Below are positions 1 through 12,960 of a stretch of 64,000 nt of DNA, one piece after another. The notes under the pieces were generated by a model. It was not told where the DNA came from. It made no database searches and saw only the letters and a program-made list of their open reading frames with translations. A program made the translations under genes and the position numbers. How positions within the stretch are numbered: the first letter of the stretch is position 1; the number at the start of each line of letters is the position of its first letter. The stretch lies in contig NC_087263.1 in the NCBI RefSeq assembly GCF_037042905.1, forward strand, positions 11,100,001-11,164,000. Reading direction: 5' to 3'. This DNA comes from Lytechinus pictus (lineage: Eukaryota).

Positions 1-2009
1 CTTCAACGCCATTCGCGGGAGGGAATATTTCCTCCCTGCATATACCCGTCTTCTACTCTGTTTTGCGAGATAAGGAATCGTGATGTAGCTATAGATTTTA
101 CAATCAAATTTGATGTGACAAAAGTAGTCATTTTATACCACTTCTGTTCTCCATGTTATATTCAAATTCAAATTCAAATTCAAATTTATTTATGTCACTT
201 CCATCAAACAAAAACAAATATATTACTTTTGTTCTCATTTTTTTTTGTAAAAGGTTTTTTTTAGCTTCCGCGCTTCGCGCGTTAAATTTCGAATTCCTAA
301 ATCCTTACCAAATTTTGGGCGCCCATTAATTTTATAATCACAGCAAGTCATCTGAATTCGAGTTGATAAGGGTGCTAGAGACGCAAGAGGCGACTTTGAT
401 TGAAATTGATGAGATAAAAAAAAAACCTTCGTGCTTCGCGCGGGAGGTGGGAGGAGAACCCCCTCCCTGCACCCTCCTCCTAGGGAGCGCGCTTTGCGCG
501 TTCTGTAAGTGTTGGCCATTTGTCTATGGTGTTGGCATGCTTCGCGTGCACTTACCACCCCCTCCAAAATTAGATCCTGGCTACGCGGTTGCTCCCGATC
601 GAATATTACTTTTGTCCGGTCAAAAAAAAAAGCGGTTTGACAAGCTAAAAGGAAAACCAACTAAAAATCATTACCAAATGAAAGTGATTATTGTCCACCC
701 CCCCCCCCCCAAAAAAAAGGGAGAGATATGTGACTCAGTCCTTTGTGTTGATGGTAAACTAAGCTTATATAATTATTGTCATGATTGTAGTGTACCTATC
801 ACTGGAATTTCCAGGCGATGCGCTGAAAACAAGGGTGATGGAGCTTCCCAGAGCCATGGAAAAAATGTCAACATTCAATAAATATTGACTAAAATTGATA
901 AGGCTGATTAGGGTCTGAATTTAAGTTAAATCCTAGTTATTTCAAAAGAAGTGCTATCCAAGTGTGAAATTGAGGAATTTGTTTGTTTATTTTCATCGCT
1001 TAACTAGTCATTTATTTGAAGTGATATCACTACTGAGTGCCAGGCATGTATTTGAAGAATTGTATAGCGATTTGTAACCACAAGGAATATGTGGTATATA
1101 CCTATTACTCAGTCGATTGGAATCGTTAGGGGTTTTCAGCATGTAAAATAATATTCACTATGGCAACAATGTTACATTTGCAGATAATAGTAAATCGAAT
1201 GAACAATAAAAAACAAGTTTTGCGCAAGGGTCCTTCATATGAACATTAGAGTAGTTGTTTAACAGTGCATGTAAACAACCATGCCTAATATACTGAGAAC
1301 AAAGAATTAGAAATAAAAATTGTTTGCTTAAGAATATACTATTTAAAATGTCAATGCAACGACTATAACGTTCATATGTAGTAAACAGCTTCATTTAAAA
1401 GAAAGAACGTTTTTACTGTGTTTAATAACATCAACAACAAAACAGATGATTAACTCATTCAAGAAAAATATGGCTTGAAAACGAGCATTCCATACTTTTT
1501 TTTAAGGAAAAAAAAATGAGTTTGAAAAATAAGTTGGCCCTATCTGCATACACACTATCCGAACAGAGAAGATTAAGTGAGAAGCGAAATTCCCCAATAC
1601 AGAATACAGTACACGCGGGATCTAACTGTATGATATGTTTCATGTCAAATTTGACAGGTGGCGTGTCTATTGCCTGACAATATGACCCCAAATGGTAAGT
1701 ATTTTCATAAATTTGCCTAGATTTCATATCTTACATCATATTCAATTTGCGTTTCTCGTCCTGTTCTCTTTACATCGGGGCTTGTATTCTTGTGGGGGCG
1801 TCAGGTCTGGTAGTCTTACTCTCCAGGGTCATGGGCAGGGGTGGATCCAAGATTTCTGTTTTTCCATTTCAAAGGGGGCGGTATTTTGTACAGGAAAAAT
1901 ATTGACACCCTCCAAAAAAGAGTTATTCCTACCAATTCGAGCTCATTTTGTTCCAGGAAAAAAATGACAAGCAACAAAACGTATATACATGTATATATAT
2001 ATATATATA

Positions 2010-2122
2010 CCAAAGGGTAGATAGCTCTGGGGAACCTTGATTTAAGCTACGCCTACCATTGTTCTCTTCATCCATTTCCTTACAATATTTAAATAAAAAA
2101 AGAGTTGCCAAAGCTGTTGTAC
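2010..2122 (+). repeat. 3' module of the tRNA(TCA)-bearing repeat, between (TA)n tracts
   Basis: Near-identical to 33131-33208 (ccaaagggtagatagctctggggaaccttgatttaagctacg...). Its end (agagttgccaaagctgttgtac) matches the reverse complement of ~34055-34085. Confidence 0.8.
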
Positions 2123-2134
2123 ATGTATAACTTT

Positions 2135-2205
<71 letters not shown>

Positions 2206-2208
<3 letters not shown>

Positions 2209-2645
2209 GAGGCAAAGTGGTAATGCATTGTACTTAGTTCCAACAGTTTATTTTGAATTCCAAATTTTCGACGTTAAACATACGTCTTCCTCAGGGATAC
2301 AATAAAGCTCACAGAGACAAGAACTGAAATAATAACATTCATGATTGTGGTAGTCATGGAACCGCGCACAAAACAGCATCACCATCATAATAATAATAAA
2401 AAAAGCATATTGGAGGCGCAGGCTGTAAAAGTTATCGCGTGAGGATATCATTGTTACGTAACAATCACTTATTATGACGCCACCACAATCATGAAAATGC
2501 AAGAATAGAAAGGATAAAGGCTTATATATCAAGATAATAAATTGAAAATTTGGAATTCAAAATAAACTGTTGGAACTAAGTACAATGCATTACCACTTTG
2601 CCTCATTGATATCTTCTATGTCCAACACGCGGAACGTAATATCGT
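2206..2645. mobile_element. Penelope-like pLTR remnant with inverted terminal duplication, inserted in (TA)n
   Basis: 64-bp inverted repeat 2206-2269 / 2544-2607; hammerhead motif; (TA)n on both sides. Confidence 0.65.
2259..2297 (-). ncRNA. Minimal type-I hammerhead ribozyme motif, same family as 4802-4840
   Basis: Reverse complement identical to 4802-4840. Confidence 0.7.
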
Positions 2646-2676
<31 letters not shown>

Positions 2677-2682
2677 CATATA

Positions 2683-3668
2683 CAGTGCGTATCAAAAAAA
2701 AGTTTACACTTTGAAAATATCCTTTAAAATTATACATTTGTAATACCCTAAAGATTTTTCCACATTTTAACATTGGTACAGATCCATTTAAGCAAATGAC
2801 GATATAACTGTCGAAAAATATTTCTGCTTGAGTGAGCACCACTTACTTTTGAAAAGTTAGTGAAAAATGATTTGCGCAGAACTTTGAAATAGTTATGCGA
2901 ATAAAAGTAGACCTTAATCATGAAGAACACGTGGAATTGCTAGTAAAATTGATTTGGAGATATCTTTTACCTTTCTTGACTTGTTTCTTTGCCCAAAACA
3001 CTTCAAAAAGTGCATTTCACCCAACCCCACTCCCCCACACACCGAGGCCATCGTGACGATATTTGCTTTACACTGAGCTGTGATTTACATGAAATGGCTT
3101 AGGCTTGATTTTCATTTTGTTAATCATTGTCAAGCTTGGGAAAAGTGTGGAGAAACAAGTATTAAATGAAAAATGAAATGTAAACCCACTTTAAATGATA
3201 AAAACTTAGTGAAAAAATGCTGGAGATGTCTGATATAAACTTTTGTTCAGATTTAGTTATGTCCTCAGATCCAGCTGGCACAAAAAGGGTAAAGGTTGTG
3301 CTTACTAAGTGTTTAAATTTCAATTTGGGTGGCAAAATTGTTACAAAATGCTTGAATGTATCCGTTTTATTTCAATTGACTAAAAGTGCAAGGGAAATGT
3401 GTGAGAAATGTTTAAAAGGGTAAGTTTGATTTTGCCCTTTCCCCTTGACACAGCGGTGAAAACAAGCATTTCTGCGCAAACAGATTTCTGCGAGCTTTAC
3501 AAAAATGGACAGTGCTCACTCGAGTGTAACATTCCGTCAAAACTTTTACTTTCATTGGATAGATGAGACCCAAACCCAAGATTATATGTGAAAAAATTAC
3601 CCACATGTTGTATTTCTTTTAATTCCCAGGGCTTTTTCAAAGTGTAAACTTTTTTTTGATACGCATTG
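2683..3668. mobile_element. Tc1/mariner-type MITE
   Basis: TIR cagtgcgtatcaaaaaaaagtttacactttgaaaa with its reverse complement at the right end; TA flanks; truncated second copy at 46552-47250. Confidence 0.85.
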
Positions 3669-3674
3669 TATATA

Positions 3675-4792
3675 AAGTTTGGAAATCTGATCAATAACCC
3701 CTCCTCGGTTTTAGTAAATATTAATGTGTAATTAATATCAATGAATAGACCATTTAATTCTCGTTAAAATGATACCCTACATGATATGATTATGGTTTAT
3801 GTGGAGGTGCAGTGCCTTGAAATGTGGGGCAAAAGTTGCACAATGACACAATATTGAAAGTCACTGTTCTTTTTTCCGTGGTGATGAGTGAGTTTCTCAG
3901 CGGTTTCTTTTGACTTTGATCGATAATTCCTCATGGATTTGAGAAAATATTAATGTGTAATTACTAATAATGAATAGATCATTTCATTCTCTTTAAAATG
4001 ATACCCTACATGATATGATTATGGTTCACATAAGGTGCAGTGCCTTGAAATATGGGGCAAGGTCAAAATTCAAGAGTTGCAAAATGACACAATATGGAAA
4101 GTCACTGTTCTTTTTTCAGTGGTAATGAGTGAGTTTCTCAGCAGTTTCTTTTGTTTTCATGCACCTTATCATCAACATTAACATGGAATCAAACACACCT
4201 CTGCACAAGCAAACACACAACAAACAAACATGCATGGGCATTTCAAACCATGACTAAAAGTCTCAAACCGTGTTATCTCACAGAACCATCACCACTGTAC
4301 AGAAGCAGGGGCTTGATTTGAATGGATTTTCATCTCTATTGACACTGACAAAAAGAATCATGTTCTGTAATTGACCCTTCATGACTATTTCTGCTCGTTT
4401 TGCAGCTTTTCAATTCAGACCTCATCCAACACTTTTGAATCCTGCTTTTTTCGTGATGGCATGATCTTAACAAGCGGTATCAGTTTAAAGTGAATTTAAT
4501 GATCTTTTGAATAATATCGAATATGCATTGTGTAAAATTGGGAGTTGGGAGAAATTAATGGCCAAACTCAGATTTCCAAACTTTTTTTGCTCGTTTTGCA
4601 GCTTTTCAATTCAGACCTCATCCAACACTTTTGAATCCTGCTCTTTTCATGATGACATGATCATAACAAGCATGGTATCATTTTATAGAGAATCAAATGA
4701 TCTTTTGAATGATGTAAAATATACATCGTGTAAAATTGGAAATTGTGAGAAATTAAAGGCCAAACACAGATTTCCAAACTTTTTTTGAGGGG
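3675..4792. mobile_element. TIR element with internal tandem subrepeats
   Basis: Ends aaagtttggaaatctg / cagatttccaaacttttttgagg; inverted homolog of 34322-35748. Confidence 0.75.
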
Positions 4793-4801
4793 TTTATTGT
4801 A

Positions 4802-4840
4802 TCCCTGAGGAAGACGTATGTTTAACGTCGAAAATTTGGA
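4802..4840 (+). ncRNA. Minimal type-I hammerhead ribozyme motif (Penelope-like pLTR type)
   Basis: UCC-CUGAGGA-A-GACG(uauguuuaa)CGUC-GAA-AAUU-U-GGA: stem I UCC/GGA, stem II GACG/CGUC, palindromic stem III AAUU; AATAAA just downstream. Confidence 0.7.
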
Positions 4841-4912
4841 ATTCAAAATAAACTGTTGGAACAAAGTACAATGCATTACCACTTTGCCTCATTTATATAT
4901 ATATATATATAT

Positions 4913-5034
4913 ATAATCATAAAAGGTTTAGTAAATGCCGTAGAAATAAAATCATAGATTTTGAAAGGATTTTTTGCTCCTTTTAAAATCTATGATTTTA
5001 TTTCTATGGCATTTACTAAACCTTTTATGATTAT
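4913..5034. repeat. ~57-bp inverted repeat with 8-nt loop between (TA)n tracts
   Basis: ataatcataaaaggtttagtaaatgcc... / ...ggcatttactaaaccttttatgattat, two mismatches. Confidence 0.9.
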
Positions 5035-6061
5035 TTTATTCCATATGCCGAAGCAAACTATTTCTATTATATATATATATATAGGCGGCATCAAACAGCA
5101 GGTGAGTCTAACGCCTTGGCAATAATCATAATAACGACCCCTTATTCCTTAAGCAAGTTACCGAGTATTTCTTAAATAATGAGAACAGAAAACTGTATAA
5201 TGATATTCATTTCCTCTATATGCCGGAAGAAAATATGTTTATACTTACTTCATCATTTGACATGTTTGACAACGTTAGGCTTTTATACATATACGTATCC
5301 TATCTGAACTGGCGTACAGATAGGGGGCATGGGGGCGGACGACCCAACATTTTCACCACCAATAAAAAAAAAATTAGAAAAAGTAGGAACAGGAAAGGAT
5401 AAAGGTGGAATGTCATATTATTTTCAGAATATTATGTCAAAATCTATCACAAAATTACATTTTTTTTTTCTTCAACAAGTCATCTTTTTTAGCGGCATTT
5501 TAGAAAATTTGCCCAATATGCCGTGTCTGGCCCCTTAATTTACTTTGGGCTCTTTATGCCACTAAACTGGTATACACCATTGAAAGACGATGCTAGATTA
5601 AAGTTTCCAGCTAGGACAATTTCAATGAAATCATTGGTTTCGACTGGCTGGGGAGCACTCTTCTCTAACTGTTTCCATGGTAACTGTCTGAGCTGACAAT
5701 TGTAGTATAGTGCTGACAACTTTCATGAAACATCCCCGGCCGGTTTAATTCATTTCATTTTCATGTTTTTGTGCATTGCTTATTTTCTCATTTCACTGCT
5801 TTCCAGTCTGCGTCATGTATCCGCATATCTGAGAGTAAGAATATTAATATCAGAGCAGCTATCTATCATTCACATTTATGATAATTTATGACCAAGTGAG
5901 AGCCAAAAAATTCCCGATTATAAACAGCCATCAGGAAGACGTGCACCTTGGTGAGAAAATTGTGTGCTCATTGTAATAACAATCACTGTGCACAATGTTC
6001 ATGACCTTATTGCCGCTGTAAAACAAGATTGAAAATGTACGTTCTTCCACTCTAACTATAT

Positions 6062-6277
6062 AATGATAATAATAGTAGTAGTAATGATCATGATGATAAT
6101 AATGATAATAGTAATGATGATGATAATACTACTACTACTACTTCTGCTGCTGCTACTACTACTACTACTACTGCTACTACTATTACTACTACTACTATTA
6201 CTTCTACTACTACTACTAATACTACTAATACTATCATTACTAATAATAATAACAATAATAATAATGATAATAATATT
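6062..6277. repeat. Compound (ATA/ATG/CTA)n microsatellite
   Basis: Direct inspection; similar tracts at 13470-13650, 17945-18110, 18610-18720, 19505-19840, 37940-38100. Confidence 0.95.
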
Positions 6278-6284
6278 AACTGCT

Positions 6285-6615
6285 AGTTTTTATATAACGC
6301 TTTTCACAGTGACGGCTCAAAGCGCTTTCGAGCTTACCCCGGTCATTGGATTCAATTTAATCCCGCACGAAAAGTGCACAATTTCCACTCCCTGGGGAGC
6401 ATTCCTTGCATTCATCGCAGCCTCATAATGGCGCTGGCAAATTCAAACATACAATAACTTTCGCATCCTACCTGGTGCCCATTTAGCACCTGGGTCGAAA
6501 GGGGCAAAGTGTGAACACCTTTAGCGCATTGCTGAAGGACGCTAGAGCGCGGTGGGATTCGAACACACGACCCTCTGTTTACAAGGCGAGAGTCAGAACC
6601 ACTACACCACGGCTC
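6285..6615 (-). mobile_element. tRNA-derived SINE
   Basis: Minus strand: A box tggtgtagtgg, B box gttcgaatccc, core gacccaggtgctaaatgggcacc, tail running into a trinucleotide microsatellite. Confidence 0.85.
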
Positions 6616-8639
6616 TTTCATACACACTTTCGGAAAATGTTTTTAATGAACTTAGTTGGGTGGTTTACATATGAATCTACCAACTGTTGGTTACGAAACA
6701 TCTGGCTTCCTTCCTTTGAGATGCAGTTTTATTTTAACCAACAGTCAATAGAGGGTATAATATAGGTTCATATGTTAATCAACCTTTTTTTTCGGAGAGT
6801 GTACAGTCTGGACAGGTAGCCAACATTAAATTTGCCATCCCTGTGAACTATGTTTACATGCAGAATCATTATTTAAAAATATTATGAAGACATTATATTT
6901 GGCGTTTATCTTCATAATCCCAAAGTAATATGTTCATGATTATAGTAAAAATAATCAATTCACTTGATTTACATTCACCAACAAACCGTAGTGAAGTAAT
7001 GTTCTCGCGTGGGTAATCTGGCAGCTTAAACATGGCTTAATTGTAGATGATTTTTACTCCGAGGTTAATATTGGCTACTTCCAAATCATTTCTCCGAAAG
7101 GCTAATTTTCCTTTAGTTAATAGTAAACACAAAGCCCGTTGTTTAATTAGCTCATTTTATAATGTGAATTGGTGCTCAGGGCATGAGGCAATAGAGAGTT
7201 TTCGCATGGACCTATTATGGACCTATCACCACATGATCTACTTTCATTAAGTCTAATGCCATTCCGTCTAATAACCAGTTGGTCCAATAGTCATTTAGTC
7301 CATATACCATTTGGTCTAAGTAAACTGAAGTGTTAATTGTGCAAAATGAAGTGATAGAAAATGGGTATTGGACCAACTGGTTATAAGACAAAATGGTAAT
7401 AAACGAATTGCTGATTAGACGAACTGATGATTGGACCAAACGGTTGTTAGACGAACTGTTGATGGACGGAATTGCATTAGACTAAATGAAGGTAGACTAT
7501 GTGGTGAGTGGACGAGCTGGCAGTAGACGAATGGGCAATTTGCCCAATTATGTCCATGGTTTTCGCAATCGCGACGCAGATCGAATTCCAGAACACAGTA
7601 AATGTATACAAAGAAACAGCTGGGAGGTCTTTGTCGAAAATTAGTAAGCCTGAACAGCAATTTCGTCCAAAGTTTTGGAGCTAATAGAAAACATGCAAAT
7701 ATGCCGTTTGTCCAGAATCCAGCACGGAACTGCTGCTTTTAGTCGACATAGACTTTTTGGTCGTGCTTTGTCATAAATGGTATTCGACAATGGGTGATTT
7801 CAAGTTCAGTGTTGACCTTTTGGTGCTGGTGTTAGGTCAACACCAAAACATAAAATGAAGTTGGTCCCGAAAAGTCACTCACTATAGTTGATGAGATGTC
7901 AGTAATGTTATCTGGATCAGTTTCACAAATTCTGAATAAGTTTTGAAGCTATAGGGGAAGCAATCCAAATTTCAGCACAAACACCAACGCCAACACCGGG
8001 CTTGAAATCACCCAATACATTTTCTATATTCTTGAATCCGTCGTGCTTAGTTTGTGAAAGCAAAAAACTCCATGTTTCTCTCACTTTTCGGTTATCATGG
8101 TTATATCCACTGTAAAAACTGTGATGTTAAAACTTACACCAGTTGCTGTTAATAGAGGACCACACACTGATGTGTTAAAAATACACCCTAGAGATTGAAC
8201 ATAACACCAAAGAGTGTAAATGTAACAACAAAAGGTGTTGTAATAACACCTATAGGTGTTAAGCTAACCTTGTTATTTTAACACCGGTGTAAAATAACTG
8301 GTGTGGTCCTCTGTGTACACCGGTTAACACCACAGTTTTTGCTGTTTATACTTAAAAGGGGGATCCAACCTTGGCCATAAAATGTTGTGTGGGGAAAGGA
8401 GCAAAATAAGCCAAACAGAATGGTGAAAGTTTGAAAGTAATTGGACAAGCAATATATAAGAAAGATATGGCGATGGCGGTCTCCTGCGTTCATTTATTAC
8501 ATTATATATATATATATGTTTACATTTATAAAATATTAATTTATACTCACGTCCTTATTTATATTTATTATGTAATATGACTACATTGTTTATATTGTGA
8601 AATAGTTTGTATATTGTAATTGTAAATATTTTGATATCA

Positions 8640-8742
8640 GGATATAGGGTATTTATATTGCGCACATATCCACCTTGTTAGGTGCTCAAGGCGCTCCTAT
8701 ATTACCCGGCTAAGCTATAGGCGTTCATAGCGCACACAGCTT
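8640..8742 (-). mobile_element. 5'-truncated SINE tail
   Basis: Reverse complement of 21075-21145 (ggagtgccttgagcacctagcaaggtggata). Confidence 0.75.
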
Positions 8743-9189
8743 TTGCATTGTGTTTTTGAATGCAGAAATAAACGCAAGCAAACAAACAAGCAATATGGCT
8801 GCTTTAAAATTGAGATCCCTAAGACTACGCAAATTTTAAATAAGCAGCTGGGTAAGTGAATTATGACAAGGGGCAATGACAACTTTCCCATAGGCCATTT
8901 AATTAATCATCAGGGACTCCCGAGCATCTATTCCCCTTGGGAGTAATAAAATATAACCAAGGTAGTATATTGTTTTATGTCCTCTTGAAATAAAAATATA
9001 ATTTGAAAAAAACTTTTGAACAAAATGACATTTTAGCCATTATTTGTACGGAGTATTAATATGGAAAAGTAGTTCTTGCCTTACAGCTCTATGACATCAC
9101 AAATGCAGCCAATTTGAAGTCTCCATTAGCATCGTGATTACCAATTTTTACAACATTTAAAAATTCATTTTTTTCTTCTTTTTTTTTTC

Positions 9190-11610
9190 CGTATATAAAA
9201 TAACAAATACAAAGTACATACGAATACATATAACATGAGGTGATGAGGTCAAAGTTAAGATACAATAATAAAAGATAAGGAGTAAAGTAAATTATACGGC
9301 TGGTAGTCCATATTCAGCTGCAATAATGCATTGCTGCTGATCTTCCATGGAGCCAGTTTACTTGCAAAAAAGGCTATGATTACCATAATGTCAAGGACGT
9401 TGACCATCAGACATCAAAGTGAAATCATTAAAAACAAAGAAAAATCACATAATCTACACCTACCCCCCCCCCCCCTCCCCCCGGTACAAATCAGTGATTT
9501 AATTTCATTTAGCACAGATATATTTCAAAAATGTATTTTTAAAAGAATTAAAAGTGGTGACATTACGCACGCACAAAGGGATTCTGTTGTATTCAAAGGC
9601 AGCTCGGGAAGAGAAGGATCTTTTACAACTATTGGTTCTAGGTCTGGGTAAACATATATTATTTTCATTTCTAAGAGGGTAAGGAGTAGCTTTTGTACGA
9701 AACATATATATCATATATTCAGTGGACATGTTGTTAATACTAATCTTATACATGAATAATATCAAGTGAGTATACTGTCTCTTTTGAATAGTGTCCCAAC
9801 CCAGAATAGAATGAATTTGAGAGGTTGAAGTGTGTAAATAGCTAGGGGTAAATTTTCAAAATTATTCTTCCAGCTCTATTTTGAATTTTTTGAAGTTGGT
9901 CAGGTAGAGATTCGCTTGCAGATTGATAGATAAAGTCACCATAATCAAAATGAGGTAAAATTATTGAGTTATATATTAACTTTAATTCTGACAAATTTAC
10001 AAAATGCTTTAGCTGTGCAATATAGCCAACCATTCTCCCCAGTTTTTTACATAAATAATTTATGTGATAGTCCCACTTCATGTTTTCATCCACAAAGACA
10101 CCCAGATAGCTATTCACTTGAGTCAGTAAATGACAGTCAATTTTAGTTGTAAATGTTGTGACATTTTAAGCATTTTAGGCGTTCCCATCAACATGCTTAC
10201 AGTTTTATCATGGTTTATTTTCAAATTATTCCCGTTCATCCAGGCAAATAGACTTTCCAGCTCCTTATTAAGGACGAGTTCGATAATTCTAATATCTTTA
10301 TGTGAGAAATATATTACTGTGTCGTCAGCATAAAGGTGTACGGTGCACTCTTTAAATACAGAAATTATATCATCAATAAATAAAATGAACAGTAAGGGTC
10401 CAAGGATAGATCCCTGGGGTATACTCCCTTAAAAATTACCCTTTCTTCTGATAAAATTCCATTAATGGATGTACGTATTCTTCTAATAGTCAAATAACTT
10501 TTGAACCAATGCAATTCATCACCAGATATACCAATATTTTTAAGTTTGGATAAGAGCATTGCATGATCGACCAGGTCGAAAGCCTTTTGAAGGTCTATAA
10601 AAATAGCCCCTGTATACTGCCCATTGTCCATAGAATGAAACCAGCCATCCGTTACTTTGGCATGTTTAGCAAGAGCAGTAATGGTAGAGTGTTTCGGACG
10701 GAATCCAGATTGAAATGCAGAAAGTAAAGAATGAGTTTGAATATAACGAAGCAATTGCTTCTGCACAATTTTTTCCATTAATTTAGACACACAGGGTAGA
10801 ATCGATATCGGTCTATAATTGTTAAATTCAAACTTATCACCTTTCTTGTGAATAGGAACAATTTTGGCTACTTTCCATTTCTCAGGTACAACACCATCAC
10901 ATAAAGATTTATTTATCAAGAAGGTAATAGGTTCAATTAAAACTGAAATTGATTCTTTGATTATATATACTGAAAAACCATCTAGACCAACAGACTTTGT
11001 ATTCTTCAAAATATGAACCTCTTTCAAGACCTCGCTTTCAGAGACAGGCGATAATTGAAAGTTTTCATGCAGAGTGGACGCTTCATGATCATGGTGTACA
11101 TTTGTTGACTCATCAGCAATTTTTAACGCCACATTAGCAAAGTGATTGGTAAAACCATTAGCCACTTAATCTGACATTACTTTTGGAAAAGTGCTATTAG
11201 ACGAGTTGTTGTTTTTGCCCATAACGGATTTATATTTACCAAGAGTCATTTCTATTTGTTACATTTGATAATTTGTCACAACAATATTTACGTTTAGATT
11301 TCCGGATGACAAAAGTAACCTTATTTTTCAGAGTTCTATACAATTTCCATAAATCATTATCGTTTTTAGTTTTGGCCTTTCTTTTAGCTTTATCTCTTTC
11401 TTTCATTAAAGACAAGATCTCATTACTCATCCAAGGAGAAGATATTTTTACGAATGCGCTTAGATTTTAAGGGCATATGTTTCTTAACAACTTCTAACAG
11501 CATTATTTCCCACTTATTGACAGCGTCATTGATATCATCAAAATATTTTATTATCCTCCAGTTTTGATTACGAAGGTCATTACTAAAAGACTCCAAATCA
11601 ACATTTCTGA
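9190..11610 (-). mobile_element. Decayed CR1/L2-like LINE ORF2 (reverse transcriptase) with 3' end
   Basis: NYRPISILP, QSGFR, DLQKAFD, LYADD near 10321-10335, YLGV, ILPHFDY; frameshifts and stops. Confidence 0.92.
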
Positions 11611-11925
11611 ATTGAAGGAGAGTGAGAATGAAAACACAAATGAGATTGTTAAAAAAGTATGTGAGGAGAAACTGAAAATAAACATTCAAGATGGCGACTT
11701 CGATAGGTCCCACCGATTGGGCGCCAAAAGGGAGAAGTCACTTGGGATCATCGCGCGCTTTACTAGCTACGACGTTCGAAACCGAATCTACCAAGCAAGG
11801 AGGATCTTGAGAGGTCTCGAAGGAGACCCCATCTTCATACAGGAGAGCCTGACTAAGTCGAGATCTATTCTGTTATGGGAAATCAAGTCCAAATACAAAA
11901 AAAAATGTAAAAGTATATGGACTCC
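11605..11925 (+). mobile_element. LINE ORF1-like (L1-type RRM) fragment, opposite orientation to the adjacent ORF2
   Basis: ESENENTNEIV...DRSHRLG...IIARF...IFIQESLT...IWT pattern typical of LINE ORF1 proteins. Confidence 0.75.
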
Positions 11926-12350
11926 TCAGCTTTCTTATTGTTTGTCCCATATTGTTCAAACTTTCACCTCTCAACTTGTCTGAATTTTCTTTCTCCTCCA
12001 AAAGCAAAATTTTATTTGGGATGGATTCCCCCTTTAATAAGAAAAAAATAAGTCTCATTCGATTTCAAGTGAACAGAGAGCACGTCGGAATGTAAATATG
12101 GGTTCAGTCGGGGCAAACCCAAGTAGGATTGAACGTGGCAAGAGCGGCCTCCTGACAGGGATGGCATGGGGGCGTCGATGCGTCGTGGCCCGTTGGTTCG
12201 CCTTTCAATAAGCGGGTTATTGTTTGGAATCACAGGAATGGCGTGTTTTCGTTCAGCAAGATATTTACCATTATTGTCCTGCACTCAACCCAGGTTGATA
12301 GGTGAAAGAACAGAATTAATCACTGGAATGCACAAAGCTGGAAACGAGGA

Positions 12351-12960
12351 TTAAACGGACACCTCCTAGCTGAAGATATTTATAACTACATCAACAGAGT
12401 AAAATTCACGGTGATGATGAAAACTTCATCAAAATCGGATAATAAATAACGAAGTTATGGAATTTTAAAGAATTACATTATTCCGGTGAAACAGTTCCAG
12501 GCATGTCGTCATGAATATTCATTAGGTGGGCTGATGATGTCACATACACACTTTCCTTTTTCTTATGTTATTACATGAAATCAATATGAAATATAAATGA
12601 AATACACATGGAATGTGTAAATGATGTGTATCCATTATAACGAAATAAGTTGCAGCAAGAAATAACCAATGCACTTAATCAGTTGTCAATCCAATTGCTT
12701 TAGTTCTTGGTAGAAATTTTTTCAATAAACCCAATTTTATATAATGAAATACAAAAGAACAAGTGAGGATGTAACATCATCAGCCCATCTAAGAATTATT
12801 CATGAAGACATGCCTAAAGCTGTTTCACCGGAATAATGCAAATCTTTAAAATTCAATAACTTCGTTATTCATGTTATTTGTTTTCCAATTTTGATCAAAT
12901 TTTCAGCACTTTACTTTTGTTATTGAAATATAAATATCTTCAGCCTGCAGCATCCCTTTA
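12351..12960. mobile_element. TTAA-type MITE
   Basis: Inverted subterminal arms (gctgaagatattt...ttcatcaaaatcgg / ttttgatcaaatt...atatcttcagc); similar to 52700-53255. Confidence 0.7.

Noticed and set aside
235..881. 141-aa and 172-aa ORFs
   Set aside because: Lie over MITE-like sequence (gcgcttcgcgcg, poly-C/A runs); no recognisable domain
6063..6428. Poly-Leu/Ile ORF and similar ORFs (13444-13705, 17954-18178, 19521-19868, 35738-36071)
   Set aside because: Translations of microsatellites; no gene structure
10365..11165. 266-aa RT ORF as a functional or domesticated gene
   Set aside because: Frameshifted before the YADD motif; flanking frames are disrupted
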